This document shows, one piece after another, positions 26,049 through 37,384 of a stretch of 64,000 nt of DNA. Each line of letters opens with the position of its first letter. The first letter of the stretch is position 1. The translations under genes and the position numbers were made by a program. Origin of the DNA: a virus (Duplodnaviria > Caudoviricetes); IMG/VR virus record IMGVR_UViG_3300030090_003629, positions 1,666 to 65,665 of that record, one strand, 5' to 3'. The notes beneath the pieces are model-generated. The model had not been told where the DNA came from, made no database searches, and worked only from the letters and a program-made list of their open reading frames with translations.

Positions 26049-28171
26049 TACGCCATACCGTTAGATTTCCATTTTTTAATATTTTTACTAGCAACTTTTG
26101 CTATTTCTTTATCAGTCATTGTAGTCTTAAACTGATCTGTAGCGTGGTCATAAACACCAGCACCTTTATTAACTTTAAAGTTTAATTTACCTCCTTTTGT
26201 ATATATATTACCTTCGTTGTCTACAGGCATAGGATTACTTTTATGAGTTTCTTTTCCAGGTGTAATATAACCACCTTTCATTGCTTTTCTTATAGGAGCT
26301 GCTGCCATTGCATAATTACCAGATCTTAAACCTTCTTCTACTTTATTTTGATCATTTACAATAAGTTCGTTTCCTGTAAATTCTGCTACTATTTCTTTGG
26401 TTTTTCCACCGTATTCAAACTTCATTCCTTTTTTAGCATAATCTAATTCTTCTTCTACATTAGGAGTAACAAAAGGATTTTCTTTTGAGCTAATCCAATC
26501 TCCTTCTGGTTGCATATTTTTACGCTCTTGTTGTAATTGCGATAATTTAGCCATTGGTGTAAGCTGTATACCCGATTGTACAGGTTGTCCCATATCTCTA
26601 ACTTGTTCAGGCCTTTTCAATATGTCTGTTCTACCTTGATCTAATGAGTACATATCCATTTGACCTGGACTTAATAAATCCATTAACCCTTGTATATAGT
26701 CTCCAACAAATTCAAAACCTGGTCTTGCTAGTTCCATAGCTCCATGACCTACATCGTCTATTGCATCAAATCCCATATCAAGAGTATTTTGTGCAAAATT
26801 CATTGTTGGCCTTAATACAGAGTCTAATGCTCCTGTTGCTAAATCTGCTGGCTTATCTAAAGCGTCTGATACTGTATCCATAACTGGTTTAATTATAGGC
26901 TCTACAAGATTTTGTCCAACTGTTTGCAGTGTTTTACCAGTAGCATCTGGAACAGTTTTTACAAGGTTAGTTGCAACCTTAACTCCAGTATTTACTCCTT
27001 CACTTACCAAATCACCAGCCCCCTTTATAATTGGACTTACTGTATCTTGTATTGGATCTACAACACTTCCTGCTGCATCAAAAAATGGGTCTGCAATAGG
27101 TTGTAATACATTTCCTACTCCACTTAATATATTTGATACTGGATCAAAAATAGAGCTAAGAACACTTCCATATCCATACTCAGGCAACCCAGTATAAGGA
27201 TTTTTAGTACCACTACCCCCTAAAGCTTTTAATAAAGCTGCTTCAGGCGGGTTCACGTGCGCGAGCATAGTATCTCCATTTCTTCCTGCTTTAGCTATTT
27301 TATTTAATTCTTTTGGTGTAAACTTCATACCTTCTTTACCATAACCCTGAAATCTATCTGTTAGGTTTCCACCATACTGATTATCATACCTTGAAGATCT
27401 TTCTGTATACATGTCAGCCATTGCCCTAGCATTTATATCATCTCTTATATCTTGCATTTCTTGTGATCTTTCTCTGTACCCTTCGTCTTGTTGTCTTTCT
27501 ATATCTTGTACCACTTTTTGATTAGCAGCGTCTACATTCTTTTGTCGTTTTTTATTAAAGATATTTCCTAATAATAAAGCGCCTATCATTACTAAAGGAT
27601 TTATTCCTCCTGCTCCTATTTTTAATGCTGTACCTCCAGCCAAAGGAGCTAGTTTACTTGTAGCAGGTATTAGTTTAGATAATTGATGTGCAGCCATCAT
27701 AGTTGACCCTATTGTACCTAATTTTTCTTGTCTAGTTAAAGTATATGGATTATTGTCAGTACCGAATGCACCATACACAGCAGCAGCAGGACCAAAATTT
27801 ACACTTCCTAAAGCTCCTGGTGCCTCCATTCCTAAACCACTATAGATTGATTGAGCTCCAGATCTTATAAATGGACTTACCTTACTTCCTAAGTTATATC
27901 CAGTCATACCTGATCCAAACTTCATTAAGTTTTTATCAAATTTACTTATACCGCTTAATTGATCTTTATATACACTTCTAGGATCTTGAACTTCTGAATA
28001 TTGAGCATACATATCTCTGATATTTTTAGGAAAATATGCTTCTGAAGAATATGGATTTACTCCTTGTTGCTGTAATATTACATCTAGATTATTACCTTTA
28101 TTAGCATAGTCTGATACGACATTTGCATCTTTTAATGTATTAATAGCATTTATAACATTTGAATAACTCAT
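26048..28171 (-). CDS. internal virion/ejection protein, probably membrane-spanning
   Basis: Hydrophobic Gly/Ala segment, GRNGDTMLAHVNPPEAALLKALGGSGTKNPYTGLPEY motif, amphipathic repeats, and a C-terminal EFTGNE..H...P motif. Confidence 0.65.
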   Translation of the reverse strand: MSYSNVINAINTLKDANVVSDYANKGNNLDVILQQQGVNPYSSEAYFPKNIRDMYAQYSEVQDPRSVYKDQLSGISKFDKNLMKFGSGMTGYNLGSKVSPFIRSGAQSIYSGLGMEAPGALGSVNFGPAAAVYGAFGTDNNPYTLTRQEKLGTIGSTMMAAHQLSKLIPATSKLAPLAGGTALKIGAGGINPLVMIGALLLGNIFNKKRQKNVDAANQKVVQDIERQQDEGYRERSQEMQDIRDDINARAMADMYTERSSRYDNQYGGNLTDRFQGYGKEGMKFTPKELNKIAKAGRNGDTMLAHVNPPEAALLKALGGSGTKNPYTGLPEYGYGSVLSSIFDPVSNILSGVGNVLQPIADPFFDAAGSVVDPIQDTVSPIIKGAGDLVSEGVNTGVKVATNLVKTVPDATGKTLQTVGQNLVEPIIKPVMDTVSDALDKPADLATGALDSVLRPTMNFAQNTLDMGFDAIDDVGHGAMELARPGFEFVGDYIQGLMDLLSPGQMDMYSLDQGRTDILKRPEQVRDMGQPVQSGIQLTPMAKLSQLQQERKNMQPEGDWISSKENPFVTPNVEEELDYAKKGMKFEYGGKTKEIVAEFTGNELIVNDQNKVEEGLRSGNYAMAAAPIRKAMKGGYITPGKETHKSNPMPVDNEGNIYTKGGKLNFKVNKGAGVYDHATDQFKTTMTDKEIAKVASKNIKKWKSNGMA

Positions 28172-28173
28172 AA

Positions 28174-31100
28174 TTAAATTGTTTTTCTATACTTTGCAAG
28201 TATTGCAAAGATATTAAATTTATCTGGAGTTTTTGCCTTATACTTTATTTTTGACCAAGTACCCCTAGATCTTTGTTTACTTTCATGCGTTCTCAATGGT
28301 GCTTTTAAAACCCCATCACTATATCTGTGCGCATTTAATCCTGCTATCTCTACATAATCAACTTCATAAGCAGGACCACTACCATTATCAAAATCTAACC
28401 TTATTTGCAATATATAAGAATCATTATATTGATCTACATCTGACATATTAAACTCGCAAATAACCCAACCATTATCTATTCCTTCTGGCTCAGGTATATC
28501 AACTCTTCTGCCTGGATCTTCGTCTAAATACTGACGATTACCTTCATTAAATTCTTTTATAGGCATACCTCTAAAATAACAAGAACCCTGCCATGTAGAG
28601 TTTGTATTGTCTATTCTTCTTATTCTTGCTCTTATTATATTATTGTATTTACCTATAAAATCTTTTGTTGTATCTGGACTATAATCGGTTAATGCATTTT
28701 CGTGCTTAAATGATGACCGTAATTTACCGTCTCCTTTGAAATCTAATCTAGCAGAACTTTTATCTGTTGAGGTGTATAATATGTCTCCAACTTGAAAATC
28801 ACCTGCTGCGTTACCCGAGTTTTTTCTAAAATGCATATTTCCTGTTCCGCTTGAAGGTGTAGAGTTTGCATTCGTATCATCCCAAGCTTTTATAAAACCT
28901 TCATACACTACAGAGCCACTTCTTTCTACATACATATAAACTATTGTTTCGCCTTGTATGTCGTAACCTATTAAATTATTAAACAAAGATATATCAGCAT
29001 AACCATATTGGCCATCAGTTCCTGTTACTGGATGATCAATACTTGTTATTTCAACAGTTTGACCAGTATTTAATTGCATAGCTTTTGTTCCCTCTACCCC
29101 ATCAGTCCATTGCCAAGAATGACTAGTTTCTCCAAAACTCCATCTTTTATTTATAATTAACTCTTCAGTATTATCTAAAATATTTTTTTCATCATGTATA
29201 ACATCGTAATATTTTATTGTGTCTATTGTCGTGTCCGTATTATATTCTATAGAACTAAAGTTTATATAATTAGGCCTCATTACAATCTCTGCATTATCAA
29301 ATATTTTACTATCTGATGCTTCTGAATTTATTACTTTTTCAATATAACTTTCTTCTATTACATATCCCTCATCTCCTATTATTTTTTTTGCATTAGTTTT
29401 AAATTTTGTATTATCTACACCTCCAGTGTAGTTTGAATTTATAGGGGTTGTAGCGGCATATTGAGAAGCGGCTGTTACTATAATATCAGTATTATTTCTT
29501 TTTCCAAAAAAATTACCTTTTATTCTTTTTTTATGTTTTCCCCATCTCCATAGCTTTAATGGATTTACTCTATACTGTTTGTATAAATTACTATCATAAG
29601 ACCCATAAATATTATATGGCATTTTTAAATAACTAGTGCTAATATCTGTTGATCTATTTAATATAGATTCTACACATATTTCATTTTCTGGACATAAAAT
29701 AAAAGACCCCTGCCCTCCAGATAACCATTGTGGTGGAGCTACAGTGTATTTAGATGTAAACGCATTTATACCTTCGTTATACACTAAAGTTTCTGATTTT
29801 TTAATTGGCTGACCATTAGTTGTTGATCCCATCTGGTGTAAAGTAGTTGGATTTGCAAACGTATGTCTTACTCTGTAATTTCCATAAGAATCATATATAT
29901 CGTAATTACTATTATGAAAAGTTACCATTAACTCTTTATTGTCAAAATCATATATGCTTGTAATTCCTAAAAATTTTAAAGGATTGTCTGCATGATAATT
30001 TCTACCATACTTTTCTACAACATTTAAATGACCCTTGTAAACACCATGATACAGTCCTGCACCTTGATGTGTTGTTGTTATTGTTCCAAATGGAGCCCCG
30101 CCTCCTGAAGTTGCACTACAAAATTCTACGCTCTTCCATTGTACATCATGCATAATATATTTTAAATAATTTCTTTGACCCAGTGCATCTCCTAATGAAA
30201 TTAATTTTTCTGTATCATACTTAAATAATCTAGCAAAATTTACATCTACAAAATACAAAGATTTTTCACTTTGCGCCACACTAAATTTATGTCTTGATCC
30301 ATATTTAGTTGATATATAAATATGATTTTCTACAGTTTCTCCTGTTCCTGTAAACAATGATGTTCCAGAATCATCACTTAACATAGATAAAGGATTTACA
30401 AGTAGTTTTGCAAAAGCAGTATCTTGCAATACATATATTTCATTTTTAAAATTAACAATAGCATTAATTTCTCCATACAACCCTTCCATATCATGAAATT
30501 GATTTATAGGAAATTGCCTAAATGAATCTGTTTTTTGTCCTAATATTTTTGTATTAGAATAAGCTATTTCATAAGGTAGTTCTAAATTTTCACAAGACTC
30601 ATCTTCATCTATCATTAATCCAGACTTTATAGTATTTTCTTGTGAGTACACACTATTATATAACCAATCATTACTAAATGGAGCTTCATTCATTTCTTTA
30701 CCAATAATAACATCGCCAGAGTTTAATGTTAAACCACTTCTCATATCTGTATTAACATAAGACTCTACAGGAAATACTTGCCATCTTGCAGCAGAATTTT
30801 TCATATATGGCGTTGATGTTTTTTGATGTGAATAAAAATTAACAAATGTATCTCCTCCAAATACTTGTGATACGTGCCCTTGTTTACCCCCACCTGTTTG
30901 TCCTGATGTATCGCTTTCTGATTGTACAGGATGAAAGTTTCCTGCTGGTATATATCTTGTTTTTTCTATGGCTCCTTTTGTGTGTCCTGAATAAGGCGTA
31001 ACAGTTCTATGTATAGAACATAAATATTTATGTGGATGTAAAGACTTTGCTTTTGTATTAGTCTTTATTTTTATATCTGTTACTGTATTTGCATCTCTTG

Positions 31101-34100
31101 TGTCTGGATAATGATTATATTCATCCGAGACACTGCCATTACCATGATGCGAAATATAAGTAGGGCTAACAGGAAAATTAACATATCCATTAACACCATT
31201 ATTTGAAGTACCTATAGTATTTTGATCCATAACCCCGTAAAAACCTTTTCCATGTTCATATATAGCTGAAACATTATGACAATGAAACCAGCTTGCATAA
31301 TTTACATATTCACGATTAGAAAAACCACTATCTTGACTTTCAGCTGTTCTCCAATATGTATTTAGAGGATCTGGACCAAACTTTCTTGCTTCAGTTAACT
31401 TGTCATTAACCTCTATTAATATACTTCTCAATCCCATTTGTAAAGTAGAAACAGTGTCATAAGTATAGTCCTCTGCTTTTACAGATGAATGTTGATTATC
31501 ATGAGATTTTATATAAGCAATACTTCTGTTTACAGCTCCAAAAGTAAAAAACCTATTAAAATCTTCCCATCTAAAATCAGCATCACTATATGATTGACCT
31601 GACCCTCCATCCATAGGAAAAGATGAAGAATTTCTCATAAACCCTAATGTATTATTAGAAAATCCATTAGACACACCATTTTTAATATCTTGACAATATT
31701 TAAAAAACCCACTTGGAACTATTTCTCCGTCTGATAATTCTTTTGCATTACCTATAGGTAGCCATTCACCATGAGACTCTCTAAATCTTAAACTAGAATT
31801 TAATCTATTAAAACCATCACCTATAGTTCTTTCTCCCCCCGATATTTCTAGATCGCACGCCCATTGTGTTTCATAACAATAATATTTTCCTATTAAAACC
31901 GAATAGTGTTCATTTATTTCTCTTCTTTTGCAAAATGATAATGCTGCGCTAATAGTAGAATATGTATTTACTGGCAACCAGTCGTCCCAAGAAGAACTTG
32001 AATTAGTAGATAAATCATTAGCCTCTGTTAATATTGTTGCCCATCTACTACCTAAATGTACATTTCCATCTTCACCAATAGCTGTTCTGCAGTGAGTATA
32101 ATGAGCAATCGGAAAGCTGCTAGACCAGCCTGAACCGCTACCATTTTTATATCTCATTTGATCGCTTAACTTTAAAACTGTATTAATTACTAATCTATCT
32201 CCTTCTCTATATGAATAAGGCCTAATTCCAAAAGCACTATCAGGACTATCAAGAGTAAAAACATTATGCACTATAGGTAGCATTGCATAATAACTGTTAG
32301 CTTTACTCATAGCCCCAAAAGCTTGCAACCTAGCAGCAGGATCTGCAGCATCGTGAAAATTGTTACGATACCCCATCTTATCGTATGTACCAAAATAAGC
32401 ACAATGTTTATAGTTTTCTCCATGTGTACCAGGGCCTCCATAATGAGTTCCATTCCAGCCCCTAACTCTTTCTGCTCCAGATGCAGGGAATTTTTTAGTA
32501 TCTTCAGTTTCTGGCCATGCAAATACTTTACCCTCTGAATTTCCTCCAGTTGTTAATTTTCCATCACTAACATTAGCATCATATCTCGCTAAATTTGAAT
32601 TTTCTGCAAGTCCTATATAGCCGTTTAAATAAGTGTCGTATTCTGGCTGCTCTACATATGTTGGGTCGGCATTTGTACCAGATGCACCAGATTGATCATT
32701 CCATTGATTTACAAAAACTGGATCATCATCAAACCCTTTGTTGTCTTTGGTGCTAAATTTTGTACCATCATAACCATAATTCCTACCTAAACTTGCGTCT
32801 CCATATTTTGCGGTTTGATTTAATAATCCTTGTTGTACAATAGACCTATCTTCTTCATTTCTTTTTGCTCTTACAACTCTATAACCTGATATTTTTTTAC
32901 ATACTTCTTCAGGAATTAAAAATTCAAAATTTACATACAGGTCAAAACAATAGTGCGTATCAGTGTGTGATCCGCTATCCCAACCATGCGCATTAGTATT
33001 AAAAACGTTTTGAAATAAAGGTAAGCCCTTAACCCTTCCGTCAGAGTGGGCAAATTCTCCACTTGTAGCATCAATAGGTCTTGCTTCAGCACCAACTAAA
33101 TCGCCATTTGGTTTTATATATGCGTCAAGATTACGATATGTTGATGCGTTTTGCGCTGTAAACCATTCTACGTCTGGTGGTGGTACTGCGTGTCCATATA
33201 TAGCTGATAATTTATGATCTCTACAAAATGGATGTGTGGTAAATGCCTTTCTGTCTAATAAACTATCTTCGGAAAAGTACGAACTAAAACTAGCATCAAC
33301 ATCTATTGTTGGTCTAAATGGCGAGTAATCATTATTTGTAGTCTCCCCTTCTAAATCTATCATTCTAAGAATATCAAATTGCCATGGCATTTGTATATCT
33401 CCTATCCATAAAACATTTCCAGGCGCACCGTTTAAATCATACACTTGAACACCAAACCTATACACTTCACCTCTTTGATAACCTCTTTTGTCTCCTGCCG
33501 CATGTGGATCTTTTGTTCCACCTAAAGACATACTGGTGCTAACTTTTGTGTTACCTGATTCACTAACAGGCTGAACTGCACTTGCATCATGTATTGTTTC
33601 AAATTCTGTACTAAACTCTTCTTGCGTTGCTGTTGCGCTTATGTACGGACTTGAAGCAGTATTTTGCGATTGATCTACTTCTCTTTGTTTAACACCAAAA
33701 GTTACACGGCATCCTCCTAATTCATTTACCCTGTAGTTATAGCTCTCTCCACCTAAAGTCATTCTATCTGGTAAAAATCTATATTCTAGTTGCGCCCAAA
33801 TTGCATGTGAATCTTGTCCATGAACTCCTACTCTTCGGCTTATACACGTTCTCCATGTTGGATTACCATAGTTACCATCATATTCTATATATGGGCGATT
33901 TGATACAGTAAAAACACTATGTGGAAAACCTAACAATTCTCCATGACCTACACGATGATCATGATAGTCTTTCTCTGCTACATTACTTGGACGATTTAAA
34001 ATTTCTACAGCTTCATCATTAGTAGTATTATCTTTATTATAATGTTTTACTTCTTCATCATGTGTAGTTAAACATGCGTCTAATACATTACCAGAATTAC

Positions 34101-35373
34101 TAGGAGCTATTCTCCATCTCATTATTTTTACATTCCATTCTTTTTCTGAAATCCAATTTTTCTTTTGTTTTAAATTTGCTGCAAAAAGAATGTTATCCTT
34201 AATAGCAATGTCTTTGCATATATCCCACGTATTAGATTCAATTAAAACTTCTTCTAAACCATTTTCTACTTGATTACTCCATGACACATGCTGAAAAGTA
34301 CTTTCACTACTTGATATACGATTTTGACCTACAACTGCTACTTTTGGTGGTTGACCCGACTCCTCATAAAATAAAGAATATAATTCTACATATTCAAAGT
34401 TTTGATCTATATCTTTTATAACTACATTAAAACCTTGCGACCCTATATTGCCTCTTGGCCCTCCTCCGTATGTAGTGCTAGAGCTAAAACTTTGATCTGA
34501 AACATGATAAATATTACTTAATGGTCCAAATGTAGTTTCTCCACCATTTTCAGATATGTATTTATAGGTGTATTGATAAACTCCTACAGGCAAAGATCCG
34601 CTTAATGTTTTAGAAACTGTAGCTTGTGTTGCATTCATCAAAGGAGTTATATCTAATGATGTTTTAACAATATTTATTTTATCATCTTGATTTAAATTTA
34701 ATGTTCTTAGTGGATTTATATTGTCTGTCCAATAAACTCTTGACAAACAATTATTTTCTACTATAGCCTCAACTGTTACTGGTTGATCTATTTTCATTCC
34801 TAAGTCAGGGTAGTTCCAGCCCTCTACATTATAACAATACCTATAGTCTAATACTCTTTGTACTTCTAATTTTTCATTGAAATCTACCATTAAAAAGATA
34901 GTACGTTCTGCAGGCTCTAAAACAGCCGCGTTTTGTCCAGTATCTTGTTTATACTCAAATCTAGCAACTATTATCAAAAATAATTGATTTGCATAAGAAT
35001 AATGGCCAACTATAGACGCTCTGTTATCTATTTTTAAATTAGATACACTATATGACTCATTTACTGGAGATGCAGCATATGGTCCATTTGGACCTCTATC
35101 ATAAAATGTTGGATAGTTGGTATTGTTTGATTCTGCCTCTATAGTTATCGGATATTCTGATAAATCAACAAATAAACTATTACCTTCTATATTTTCAACT
35201 GTAAATGTGTCTCCTTCTGAATTTGTGAGACGTATATTTTGTGCATCCGAATAACTTCCTTTTAATTGAAAGTGTGGATCTAAGTCACTTATCATTCCGT
35301 GAGTAAAACCTTGCGGTTGCGATACTCCAGGCCTTTCTTGTTTATTTGCTTTCTTTTGTCCTTTTTTTGCCAT
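28174..35373 (-). CDS. tail stabilization / muzzle protein (P22 gp10-like, crAss type)
   Basis: 2399 aa; N-terminal F..GM.SD.DP..YSDAQNIR, VYWTDNINPLR, RGYQRGEVYRFGV, FGGDTF; position after the ring genes. Confidence 0.8.
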   Translation of the reverse strand: MAKKGQKKANKQERPGVSQPQGFTHGMISDLDPHFQLKGSYSDAQNIRLTNSEGDTFTVENIEGNSLFVDLSEYPITIEAESNNTNYPTFYDRGPNGPYAASPVNESYSVSNLKIDNRASIVGHYSYANQLFLIIVARFEYKQDTGQNAAVLEPAERTIFLMVDFNEKLEVQRVLDYRYCYNVEGWNYPDLGMKIDQPVTVEAIVENNCLSRVYWTDNINPLRTLNLNQDDKINIVKTSLDITPLMNATQATVSKTLSGSLPVGVYQYTYKYISENGGETTFGPLSNIYHVSDQSFSSSTTYGGGPRGNIGSQGFNVVIKDIDQNFEYVELYSLFYEESGQPPKVAVVGQNRISSSESTFQHVSWSNQVENGLEEVLIESNTWDICKDIAIKDNILFAANLKQKKNWISEKEWNVKIMRWRIAPSNSGNVLDACLTTHDEEVKHYNKDNTTNDEAVEILNRPSNVAEKDYHDHRVGHGELLGFPHSVFTVSNRPYIEYDGNYGNPTWRTCISRRVGVHGQDSHAIWAQLEYRFLPDRMTLGGESYNYRVNELGGCRVTFGVKQREVDQSQNTASSPYISATATQEEFSTEFETIHDASAVQPVSESGNTKVSTSMSLGGTKDPHAAGDKRGYQRGEVYRFGVQVYDLNGAPGNVLWIGDIQMPWQFDILRMIDLEGETTNNDYSPFRPTIDVDASFSSYFSEDSLLDRKAFTTHPFCRDHKLSAIYGHAVPPPDVEWFTAQNASTYRNLDAYIKPNGDLVGAEARPIDATSGEFAHSDGRVKGLPLFQNVFNTNAHGWDSGSHTDTHYCFDLYVNFEFLIPEEVCKKISGYRVVRAKRNEEDRSIVQQGLLNQTAKYGDASLGRNYGYDGTKFSTKDNKGFDDDPVFVNQWNDQSGASGTNADPTYVEQPEYDTYLNGYIGLAENSNLARYDANVSDGKLTTGGNSEGKVFAWPETEDTKKFPASGAERVRGWNGTHYGGPGTHGENYKHCAYFGTYDKMGYRNNFHDAADPAARLQAFGAMSKANSYYAMLPIVHNVFTLDSPDSAFGIRPYSYREGDRLVINTVLKLSDQMRYKNGSGSGWSSSFPIAHYTHCRTAIGEDGNVHLGSRWATILTEANDLSTNSSSSWDDWLPVNTYSTISAALSFCKRREINEHYSVLIGKYYCYETQWACDLEISGGERTIGDGFNRLNSSLRFRESHGEWLPIGNAKELSDGEIVPSGFFKYCQDIKNGVSNGFSNNTLGFMRNSSSFPMDGGSGQSYSDADFRWEDFNRFFTFGAVNRSIAYIKSHDNQHSSVKAEDYTYDTVSTLQMGLRSILIEVNDKLTEARKFGPDPLNTYWRTAESQDSGFSNREYVNYASWFHCHNVSAIYEHGKGFYGVMDQNTIGTSNNGVNGYVNFPVSPTYISHHGNGSVSDEYNHYPDTRDANTVTDIKIKTNTKAKSLHPHKYLCSIHRTVTPYSGHTKGAIEKTRYIPAGNFHPVQSESDTSGQTGGGKQGHVSQVFGGDTFVNFYSHQKTSTPYMKNSAARWQVFPVESYVNTDMRSGLTLNSGDVIIGKEMNEAPFSNDWLYNSVYSQENTIKSGLMIDEDESCENLELPYEIAYSNTKILGQKTDSFRQFPINQFHDMEGLYGEINAIVNFKNEIYVLQDTAFAKLLVNPLSMLSDDSGTSLFTGTGETVENHIYISTKYGSRHKFSVAQSEKSLYFVDVNFARLFKYDTEKLISLGDALGQRNYLKYIMHDVQWKSVEFCSATSGGGAPFGTITTTHQGAGLYHGVYKGHLNVVEKYGRNYHADNPLKFLGITSIYDFDNKELMVTFHNSNYDIYDSYGNYRVRHTFANPTTLHQMGSTTNGQPIKKSETLVYNEGINAFTSKYTVAPPQWLSGGQGSFILCPENEICVESILNRSTDISTSYLKMPYNIYGSYDSNLYKQYRVNPLKLWRWGKHKKRIKGNFFGKRNNTDIIVTAASQYAATTPINSNYTGGVDNTKFKTNAKKIIGDEGYVIEESYIEKVINSEASDSKIFDNAEIVMRPNYINFSSIEYNTDTTIDTIKYYDVIHDEKNILDNTEELIINKRWSFGETSHSWQWTDGVEGTKAMQLNTGQTVEITSIDHPVTGTDGQYGYADISLFNNLIGYDIQGETIVYMYVERSGSVVYEGFIKAWDDTNANSTPSSGTGNMHFRKNSGNAAGDFQVGDILYTSTDKSSARLDFKGDGKLRSSFKHENALTDYSPDTTKDFIGKYNNIIRARIRRIDNTNSTWQGSCYFRGMPIKEFNEGNRQYLDEDPGRRVDIPEPEGIDNGWVICEFNMSDVDQYNDSYILQIRLDFDNGSGPAYEVDYVEIAGLNAHRYSDGVLKAPLRTHESKQRSRGTWSKIKYKAKTPDKFNIFAILAKYRKTI

Positions 35374-35374
35374 T

Positions 35375-36511
35375 CTAGAAATTAATTAAACCTGAACTGC
35401 TTTTAACTGGTATTAAAGTATTCCACATATTTCCTATTTGTTTTAATTCTTCAGAAGTTGGCATTCCATCATCACCTCTTGCTTTACCACATAAAAAATA
35501 CCACCTTTTTTCTAATTCTTTAGTTATGTATTGCGGTAACTTACCATTATAAAACTCTATTAATTTCATTTGCCACATTATATATTGAGCTACAGCTGAT
35601 TCATGTCCTTCTTTAACCATAGGATAACCCCTCATGTCTGTTGGATACGCCAAATATACAATAGTTATTTCATCTAAATTATCATGTTGTACATTTAATC
35701 TGTTACCATCTACATAATATCTAAACGCTCTTTGCTGTGTATCAGCAAAAGATTTTCCCACTCTTTGCCTATGTGTTGCAGCTGATTTTCTTAACTCTGT
35801 ATGTTTGCTTCCGCTAGCTTCCGCTCCTACCCTTACCCCTAATAATTTTACTATATTTTTTGGTAAAACTAATTGTTGATTTCTATATATACCCTTACCT
35901 CCTGTTAAAGATCCTCCGCTAATTTTAGCATTTGTATTATTAGATTCTAATGTATAGTCATTTCCTTCTATTCCTATATCTTTAGCCGTTATAGTTAATA
36001 TTCCAGGAGTAGAAGCACCAGAAGGAGTTACTGTATAATCTACATTTCCTAATAATTCTGGATATGTATTTATTGCTGAAGCCGTATATACTCCAGTACC
36101 TGTTTGTGAATTTCCAGATAAATTTTCAAACAAACCTCTTTCATTACCACTACCCGCTGAACCTGAAGCTAAGGTTGCATCTAAGGTAGAACCTATAGTA
36201 ATTTCATTTGGGGATTGTGAAGCTCCAATTGAAGTTGAGGTTGTGCTTCCTCCAACTCTAAAAATAAGTTCTACACCATTTAAAGTTATGGTATCTCCGC
36301 TTGTTGGGTTATCTGTAAATTCTATTGTACCTGATGCAGCTGCACCGCTTGATGTATATGTAGATTCTTTTTGAACAAAAGTATCTTTACTTCCAATTAA
36401 TTTTTCAGCCTCATATGTCCATTCAATCCAACTAGAAACCATATCTGTATAATCTGTTATACCTAGATTTCTTGCTACTGTACTAAATACTCTTTCAATG
36501 TATACGTGCAT
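35375..36511 (-). CDS. tail tubular/ring protein with inserted beta domain
   Basis: WIEWTYEAEKLIG N-terminus and ITIVYLAYPTD..GYPMV..YIMW C-terminus flank a Gly/Thr-rich insert. Confidence 0.7.
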   Translation of the reverse strand: MHVYIERVFSTVARNLGITDYTDMVSSWIEWTYEAEKLIGSKDTFVQKESTYTSSGAAASGTIEFTDNPTSGDTITLNGVELIFRVGGSTTSTSIGASQSPNEITIGSTLDATLASGSAGSGNERGLFENLSGNSQTGTGVYTASAINTYPELLGNVDYTVTPSGASTPGILTITAKDIGIEGNDYTLESNNTNAKISGGSLTGGKGIYRNQQLVLPKNIVKLLGVRVGAEASGSKHTELRKSAATHRQRVGKSFADTQQRAFRYYVDGNRLNVQHDNLDEITIVYLAYPTDMRGYPMVKEGHESAVAQYIMWQMKLIEFYNGKLPQYITKELEKRWYFLCGKARGDDGMPTSEELKQIGNMWNTLIPVKSSSGLINF

Positions 36512-36521
36512 ATTATTTTTT

Positions 36522-36989
36522 TTATGTAGTTGCTACAAACACTTCTAATTGTTGTTGTGCTGCTCCTATTACTTTTATAGAGTCTGCATTAGCAAACGAA
36601 CTAAATGTTGCCCCTACTTCTATTTCTGTTCCTGTAAACATTATAGATGTATTTGCTGCAACAGAAACAAAACTTCCACTACTATCACCTATCAAGCCTA
36701 CTTTTAATACTGCAGAGTCATCTAAATTTGTAATTCTAATATATTTTACATCAGCTCTTTTAAATTGTCCTCCAGCATTCAAGCTATTGTCAAATGTTAC
36801 CACTGTTGTTAAGGCTGTAGATTCTAACTCTACAATCCTTTTAGATGCATTTAGTATACTACTAGAAATTACATGTGTATTTACTTGTGCAAAATCTATA
36901 TTGTCAGTTGATCCTGAAGCATCTGTACCCACAGACAAAGATTCTGTTATAGTTACTGTTAATGTTGAAGCGTTTACTGTTGTTGCCAT
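36522..36989 (-). CDS. putative structural protein
   Basis: Thr/Ser-rich, beta-type; KYIRITNLDD motif; lies in the tail module. Confidence 0.6.
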   Translation of the reverse strand: MATTVNASTLTVTITESLSVGTDASGSTDNIDFAQVNTHVISSSILNASKRIVELESTALTTVVTFDNSLNAGGQFKRADVKYIRITNLDDSAVLKVGLIGDSSGSFVSVAANTSIMFTGTEIEVGATFSSFANADSIKVIGAAQQQLEVFVATT

Positions 36990-36991
36990 TT

Positions 36992-37384
36992 TTAATCTTT
37001 ATTTATTATTTTTTTTGAATAACCTAACGGTAAAACCTTACAGTTTCTAAATGTTACAGGCCTTACCCATATTAACTTTTTATAAAAGTCATCTAATATA
37101 GGTACTTTTATTGTCACTGTTTTACCTTCTCTTTTTGTCGCTTCATTATCCACCCTGTAATGAAAAGCTCTTTTATGTGGTCTTTCGTCTAAATATATAT
37201 GACCCATTTGGTTTGGCAAATATACTTTACGATTTCTAAAGACTACATCTCTAATTAATATTTCAAAAAATCTTTTAATTATATTGTAAAACAATGAATA
37301 TGATATTTTTTTATACATTATATCGTTAATATTATTATATATATCTCTTACAGATATGTATTTATCTTTGTACTTGTGACCCAC
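36992..37384 (-). CDS. IHF/HU-like basic protein of the crAss structural module
   Basis: Basic; LPNQMGHIY and KLIW motifs; conserved position between ring genes. Confidence 0.6.
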   Translation of the reverse strand: MGHKYKDKYISVRDIYNNINDIMYKKISYSLFYNIIKRFFEILIRDVVFRNRKVYLPNQMGHIYLDERPHKRAFHYRVDNEATKREGKTVTIKVPILDDFYKKLIWVRPVTFRNCKVLPLGYSKKIINKD

